This document shows, piece by piece, positions 19,785 to 24,398 of a stretch of DNA of 24,398 nt (its first letter is position 1; each line of letters begins with the position of its first letter). The DNA is taken from IMG/VR virus record IMGVR_UViG_3300017903_003380, positions 1 through 24,398 of that record, one strand, 5' to 3'. A program made the translations under genes and the position numbers. The notes beneath the pieces are model-generated. The model saw only the letters and a program-made list of their open reading frames with translations, did not search any database and had not been told where the DNA came from. Source of the stretch: a virus (Duplodnaviria; Caudoviricetes).

Positions 19785-20624
19785 ATGGCAAAACCAACAA
19801 CAAGACAACAACTCATTGATTATTGTTTAAGAAAACTTGGTGCTCCTGTACTTGAAATTAATGTAGATGATGATCAAATTGACGATTTAGTTGATGATGC
19901 AATTCAACTATTTAATGAGCGTCATTTTGATGGTGTTGAGAGAATGTATTTAAAATATAAAATTACGCAAGATGATATCGATAGAGGAAAGGCAGGCGGA
20001 ACTGATGGGGTTGGTATTGTAACGACTACTGGCACATCCACAATTGTTGGCACTGCAACCACATTTAATTTTTATGAAAATTCTAATTATATTCAAGTAC
20101 CAGATTCTGTGGTTGGGGTAGAAAAAATATTTAAATTTGATACTAGCTCAATATCTGGTGGAATGTTTAGTATAAAATATCAATTATTTTTAAATGATTT
20201 ATATTATTTTAATTCAGTTGAATTATTACAATATTCTATGACAAAATCATATCTAGAGGATATTGATTTTTTACTTACAACAGATAAGCAGATAAGATTT
20301 AATAAGCGTCAAGATAGACTCTATCTTGATATAGATTGGTCATCTCAAGAAGCAGATAATTTCTTAGTAATTGATTGTTATAGAGCATTAGATCCTTCTT
20401 CATTTAGTCAAGTTTACAATGATAGTTTTTTAAAATTATATTTGACATCTCTAATTAAGAGGCAATGGGGACAAAATTTAATTAAGTTTAGGGGAGTCAA
20501 ACTACCTGGTGGAATTGAATTGAATGGTAGAGAAATATATGAAGATGCTGAAAGAGAATTGGAATCGATAAGACAAAAAATGACATCAGAATATGAATTA
20601 CCTCCTCTCGATTTCATAGGATAA
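19785..20624 (+). CDS. gp13: Neck protein (T4 gp13-like)
   Basis: PTTRQQLIDYCLRKLGAPVLEINVDDDQIDD and LIKRQWGQNLIKFRGVKLPGGIELNG are gp13 hallmarks. Confidence 0.95.
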   Translation: MAKPTTRQQLIDYCLRKLGAPVLEINVDDDQIDDLVDDAIQLFNERHFDGVERMYLKYKITQDDIDRGKAGGTDGVGIVTTTGTSTIVGTATTFNFYENSNYIQVPDSVVGVEKIFKFDTSSISGGMFSIKYQLFLNDLYYFNSVELLQYSMTKSYLEDIDFLLTTDKQIRFNKRQDRLYLDIDWSSQEADNFLVIDCYRALDPSSFSQVYNDSFLKLYLTSLIKRQWGQNLIKFRGVKLPGGIELNGREIYEDAERELESIRQKMTSEYELPPLDFIG

Positions 20625-22885
20625 TGGCATTAAATCCTTTCTTTTTACAAGGTTCTTCTGCAGAACAAAGATTAATTCAATCTTTGGTAAATGAACAATT
20701 AAAAATGTATGGTGTAGAAGTAACTTATTTGCCAAGAAAAATTGTAAATAAAGATACTATATTTACAGAAATACAATCTTCAACATTTAATGATAATTTT
20801 TCTATAGAGGCATATGTCAATACTTATGAGGGACATGGTGGTGCTGGAGATATATTAACAAAATTTGGAGTTTCTTTGAAAGATGAATTAATTATTACTA
20901 TTTCAAAAGAACGATTTGAAGATTTTATATCTCCTTTTTTAGTATCAATGCCATCTAGTGAAATAGAGATTTCTTCTAGACCAAGAGAGGGTGATTTAAT
21001 TTATTTCCCTCTCGGTAAAAGAATATTTGAAGTTAAGTTTGTTGAGCATGAAAAACCATTCTATCAATTGGGGAAAAATTACGTTTATGAGTTAAGATGT
21101 GAACTCTTTGAATATGAAGATGAAATGGGTGGTTGGGAAACAGCAACTGCAATTACCGAAGAGATTGATGAGGTATTAGAAAGTCAAGGATATATTACTA
21201 CTTTAAAATTAATTTCAATCGGATCAACAGCCACAGTTGGTGTAACTACATCTACAGGATATATTAGAAAAATATCGTTAACTAATGATGGATATGGATA
21301 TACACAAGTTCCTACAGTAGCAATATCAACTGCTCCTCCAGGAGGCACTGATGCTACTGCAGTAGCAATTACATCTGCAACTAATAATGTATTTTCTGTC
21401 AATGAAATTTTATTAACGAATCCAGGATCTGGATATACAGTTGCGCCCACAGTCAGTATAGTTAGTGTAGGTCAAACTATAACAGGAGTTGGATATACGA
21501 CTTATGGTGTAGGAGCAGCAGCAACAGCAATATTAGTAACTTCATCTGCTGGTATTAGTGGAGTTACAATTAATTCTGGTGGAAGTGGATATCCATCTGC
21601 ACCTACAATTACTTTTGCAACTCCATTGTTCGGAATTGGAGCTGCTGCAACTGCTACTGTTAGTGCTGCAGGAACAGTTACCGATACTACTATAACAAAC
21701 GGTGGCAATTTCTACATTCCATCATCGCCCCCAACAGTCACATTTAGTGCTCCTACAGGTGGTGGTAATGAAACAAGTATTGTAAAATTTGGTTCAAGGT
21801 CTTATAAATCAACAGGTTCTGCTATTACAGTACCAACTACTGGTGTTTCTGACCTTCAATACGGTAGTGTTGGTTTCTGGTTCTATGTATCAGACAATTA
21901 TTCTGGTAATAAAAATATAGTAGAGTTTGGTGCTAATGATAATGATACAGAAAAGTATTCAGTAAGACTTCAGGTATCTGGCGAAAATGTTCAAGCGTTT
22001 TTATATTTTCCACTTAACGCAACATCAAGTGGTACGGGAGCATCAACATTATCAACCAATTTAACGACTGGCGAGTGGCACTTCTTACAATTAGCACAAA
22101 TAGACCAACAGTATAACTCAAGGCAAATTCATTTAGATAATAATAGTTCGTTTGCTACAGCGTCATACAAAGGTAATGTAATTGACGATAATGGTTTTAT
22201 TATTGATCCAGATGGAAGTTTATCTGATGGTGATGTATTCTTTGATGAGTTCTATGCGACAACAGTTAATAGTGAGATAACTGTACCAACATCAACTCTT
22301 TCTGGTCAAAGTGGTGAAGTATATTTCCAAGGTGGTGAGAGAGTAACTGCTACAGGAACTGCAACTGTAGGTTCTGGAGGAACTGTTGCCTCAATCACCA
22401 TAACAGAACCAGGAATTGCATATGACTCGGCACCTACAATTACTTTTGCTACACCAAGTTCCGGAGTCGGTACAGCAGTTGGTAGACTTTCAGTTACAAC
22501 TGACAATATTGTTGATAAAGTCTTCATATCTGATGCTGGTATTGGGTATACTTCTGGCACAGCAACAGCAACAATTTCCAATCCACCAATCATTACTGGA
22601 ATAGGTACTTATCAATATAATGAAGAAGTTACCGGATCCATTTCTGGTGCAAAAGCAAGAGTCAAGACGTGGGATGTTACAACAAACACTCTTAAAGTGG
22701 GTACTACAGACGGCACTTTCTTGGTATCGGATGTAATTGTTGGAACTTCCTCCTCTGCTAGATATAGTGTTGATTTTATCGAGAGTGCAGAATTTAGTGA
22801 TAAATATGACAAAGGAGATGAGATAGAGCAAGAAGCAGATCTCATTGTAGATTTTTCAGAATCAAATCCATTTGGTAACTACTAA
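20624..22885 (+). CDS. gp14: Neck protein (T4 gp14-like), enlarged by beta-repeats and a LamG-like insert
   Basis: Contains EQLKMYGVEVTYLPR, LTKFG, RPREGDLIYFP and FEVKFVEHEKPFYQLGKNYVYELRCELFEY, with C-terminal DFSESNPFG. TAATG overlaps with gp13 and gp15. Confidence 0.93.
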   Translation: MALNPFFLQGSSAEQRLIQSLVNEQLKMYGVEVTYLPRKIVNKDTIFTEIQSSTFNDNFSIEAYVNTYEGHGGAGDILTKFGVSLKDELIITISKERFEDFISPFLVSMPSSEIEISSRPREGDLIYFPLGKRIFEVKFVEHEKPFYQLGKNYVYELRCELFEYEDEMGGWETATAITEEIDEVLESQGYITTLKLISIGSTATVGVTTSTGYIRKISLTNDGYGYTQVPTVAISTAPPGGTDATAVAITSATNNVFSVNEILLTNPGSGYTVAPTVSIVSVGQTITGVGYTTYGVGAAATAILVTSSAGISGVTINSGGSGYPSAPTITFATPLFGIGAAATATVSAAGTVTDTTITNGGNFYIPSSPPTVTFSAPTGGGNETSIVKFGSRSYKSTGSAITVPTTGVSDLQYGSVGFWFYVSDNYSGNKNIVEFGANDNDTEKYSVRLQVSGENVQAFLYFPLNATSSGTGASTLSTNLTTGEWHFLQLAQIDQQYNSRQIHLDNNSSFATASYKGNVIDDNGFIIDPDGSLSDGDVFFDEFYATTVNSEITVPTSTLSGQSGEVYFQGGERVTATGTATVGSGGTVASITITEPGIAYDSAPTITFATPSSGVGTAVGRLSVTTDNIVDKVFISDAGIGYTSGTATATISNPPIITGIGTYQYNEEVTGSISGAKARVKTWDVTTNTLKVGTTDGTFLVSDVIVGTSSSARYSVDFIESAEFSDKYDKGDEIEQEADLIVDFSESNPFGNY
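21599..21618 (+). repeat. 20-bp direct repeat copy 1 (GCACCTACAATTACTTTTGC)
   Basis: Identical to 22430-22449; both copies fall in SAPTITFATP. Confidence 0.92.
21767..22330 (+). other. LamG/concanavalin-A-like lectin domain inserted in gp14
   Basis: KFGSRS...GSVGFWFYV...GEWHFLQL...FFDEFY...VPTSTL follows the phage LamG-like pattern (KFG.S, T/S.xxW, xWxH, xDE.xx). Confidence 0.7.
22430..22449 (+). repeat. 20-bp direct repeat copy 2 (GCACCTACAATTACTTTTGC)
   Basis: Identical to 21599-21618, 831 bp (277 codons) downstream, same frame. Confidence 0.92.
22800..22806 (+). promoter_or_regulatory. Candidate late promoter ATAAATA inside the gp14 3' end
   Basis: GATAAATA lies within the codons D-K-Y, ~80 nt upstream of the gp15 ATG. 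Confidence 0.5.
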
Positions 22886-23682
22886 TGCTAGGAACTTATT
22901 ACTACCACGAAATTATTAGGAAAACCATTATTAGTTTTGGAACTTTATTTAATAATATAAGTATAAGGCATAAAGATTCTAGTGACGATGTTGTAAGTGA
23001 ATTAAAAGTGCCCTTAGCTTATGCCCCCGTGCAAAAGTTTTTGGCAAGATTGGAGCAACAAGGAGATTTAAATAAACCAGTTGCAATTACTTTACCAAGA
23101 CTCTCCTTTGAGATGACAGACATTAGTTATGATCCATCAAGAAAATCTGGTGTAACTCAAACATTTAAGGCATCAGACGGAACAAATTTGAAAAAAGTTT
23201 TTATGCCAGTTCCATATAATATTGGATTTGAATTAAATCTTTTGTCTAAATTAAATGACGATGCTTTACAAGTAATGGAGCAAATTTTACCATATTTCCA
23301 ACCAGCATTTACTTTAACTGTTGATCTCGTCAGTTCGATAGGTGAAAAAAGAGATATACCAATAATATTGGATAATATATCTTTTCAGGATGATTATGAA
23401 GGGGATTTTTCTACAAGAAGAGCATTAATTTATACTCTAAAATTTACGGCAAAAACATATCTCTTTGGTCCAATTTCCGATACCACTGATGGTCTTATCA
23501 AGAAAGTTCAAGTTGATATTTCCTCTTCAAATGATATTTCAACTGCAAAGCGTGAAATGAGATATACTGCTACACCAGATCCTATTGATGCTGGTCCAGA
23601 TGATAATTTTGGATTTGATGAGGGATGGGAATTTTTAACTGATTCTCTTTCTTACAGTCCTACACAACAAAAAGATATTTGA
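22885..23682 (+). CDS. gp15: Tail sheath stabiliser/completion protein (T4 gp15-like)
   Basis: Contains YYYHEIIRKTIISFGTLFNNI, VPLAYAP, LPRLSFEM, PVPYNIGFEL, EQILPYFQP and RRALIYTLKF. Confidence 0.95.
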   Translation: MLGTYYYHEIIRKTIISFGTLFNNISIRHKDSSDDVVSELKVPLAYAPVQKFLARLEQQGDLNKPVAITLPRLSFEMTDISYDPSRKSGVTQTFKASDGTNLKKVFMPVPYNIGFELNLLSKLNDDALQVMEQILPYFQPAFTLTVDLVSSIGEKRDIPIILDNISFQDDYEGDFSTRRALIYTLKFTAKTYLFGPISDTTDGLIKKVQVDISSSNDISTAKREMRYTATPDPIDAGPDDNFGFDEGWEFLTDSLSYSPTQQKDI

Positions 23683-23694
23683 TAGGTTAGTTGT

Positions 23695-24111
23695 ATGAAT
23701 AATAATTATAATGGTCTTGATGAGGATCTTAATACGGAAAGTAATATTGTAGAAACAACTGCCCAGAAAATACAAGTTTCTAAATCAAAAGATAATGATA
23801 TTGAGAAAGATTATGAGTATACCAGAGCAAATCTATATTCATTAATTGAAAAGGGACAAGAGGCAATTAATGGAATTATGGAACTTGCTGGTGAGGGAGC
23901 AAGTCCAAGAGCGTATGAAGTTGCGGGTCAATTAATAAAAAGTGTTGCTGATACAACTGATAAGTTAATTGATCTCCAAAAGAAAGTAAAAGAAGTTGAA
24001 GAGGATACAATTAAGACTACGAATAATGTAACTAACAATGCAGTATTTGTAGGATCGACATCAGAACTTCAAAAAATGTTAAAGCAAGGTTTTCTAAATA
24101 ATAAGGAATAG
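23695..24111 (+). CDS. gp16: Terminase small subunit (T4 gp16-like)
   Basis: DYEYTRANL, PRAYEVAGQLIKSVAD and NNAVFVGSTSELQKML are gp16 hallmarks. It follows gp15. Confidence 0.93.
   Translation: MNNNYNGLDEDLNTESNIVETTAQKIQVSKSKDNDIEKDYEYTRANLYSLIEKGQEAINGIMELAGEGASPRAYEVAGQLIKSVADTTDKLIDLQKKVKEVEEDTIKTTNNVTNNAVFVGSTSELQKMLKQGFLNNKE
24094..24100 (+). promoter_or_regulatory. Late promoter variant CTAAATA inside the gp16 3' end
   Basis: TCTAAATA ends 26 nt before the GTG at 24127. CTAAATA is a common cyanomyovirus variant of the late box. Confidence 0.65.
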
Positions 24112-24126
24112 TGTAAGTTTTACATC

Positions 24127-24398
24127 GTGACAAAGAAATATTGCCGTCTTTGTAAGAAAAAGGAAACACGTAACCAATGTGGATTTGGTCCTAAAATGTG
24201 GGATAAGTATAGTGTTGATGATGCTACTGAAAAAGAAATAGAAGATGCTTCGGGAGATGTAAGTGAATCGAAAAGTGGTGATAGTTCTTTGCGTGACTGG
24301 TTTGGCAAGAGTCGCTCTTCTGATGGTACCCCTGGTTGGGTTCAATTGGGTGGTAAATATGCCGGAAAACCTTGTGCCAGACAACCAGGACAAACCAC
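24127..24398 (+). CDS. Hypothetical late protein, 3'-truncated (not in ORF track)
   Basis: GTG start, open to the window end: MTKKYCRLCKKKETRNQCGFGPKMWDKYSVDDATEKEIEDASGDVSESKSGDSSLRDWFGKSRSSDGTPGWVQLGGKYAGKPCARQPGQT... It is preceded by a late promoter box. The LRDWF...GWVQ...PCARQPG motif resembles proteins found between gp16 and gp17 in cyanomyoviruses. Confidence 0.75.
   Translation, partial: MTKKYCRLCKKKETRNQCGFGPKMWDKYSVDDATEKEIEDASGDVSESKSGDSSLRDWFGKSRSSDGTPGWVQLGGKYAGKPCARQPGQT

Noticed and set aside
21599-22449. gp14 cassette as an IS element, intron, intein or DGR target
   Set aside because: I saw no transposase, homing endonuclease, reverse transcriptase, terminal inverted repeats, intein splice motifs (C...HN) or adenine-specific repeat variation.
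7120-22604. Short alternative-frame + strand ORFs (7120, 8860, 16769, 22416)
   Set aside because: Their Leu/Gln/Met-rich translations are typical of frameshifted reading of the main genes, and I saw no support for independent expression.
1784-22845. Numerous 60-134 aa minus-strand ORFs
   Set aside because: They lie wholly antisense to clear structural genes and mirror their Gly/Thr/Ala codons (Pro/Val-rich translations), with no recognisable motifs. They are shadow ORFs.
24094-24393. Minus-strand ORFs of 99 and 62 aa at the window end
   Set aside because: The + strand frame from 24127 is co-oriented with the operon, has a late promoter box and gives a more protein-like sequence.
1-24398. 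CRISPR arrays, tRNA/rRNA genes, intrinsic terminators
   Set aside because: The window is almost entirely coding, with gaps of about 30 nt or less, and I saw no spaced repeats, cloverleafs or GC hairpin-U tracts.

Overview
AT-rich late structural gene cluster of a T4-like myovirus, most likely a cyanophage-type (Kyanoviridae-like) genome, with all real genes on the + strand. In order it holds: a giant gp7-like baseplate wedge protein (open from base 3, so 5'-truncated); gp8 baseplate wedge; a 2415-aa VrlC/DUF4815-type virion protein; a 66-aa conserved hypothetical; a 58-aa gene missing from the ORF track that resembles NblA (phycobilisome degradation adaptor); a 112-aa virion protein; neck gp13; an enlarged neck gp14; gp15; terminase small subunit gp16; and a 3'-truncated Cys-containing ORF also missing from the track. 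Four observations stand out. (1) gp14 carries an in-frame 831-bp cassette with a LamG/ConA-like domain, bounded by a perfect 20-bp direct repeat and showing a sharp Gly-codon shift. (2) An NblA-like small gene is hidden in the virion operon. (3) The T4-type late promoter boxes (A/C)TAAATA all sit inside the upstream gene's coding sequence or stop codon. (4) gp7 contains a split YHYH-family-like domain. Family assignments come from motif recognition by eye, not database searches.
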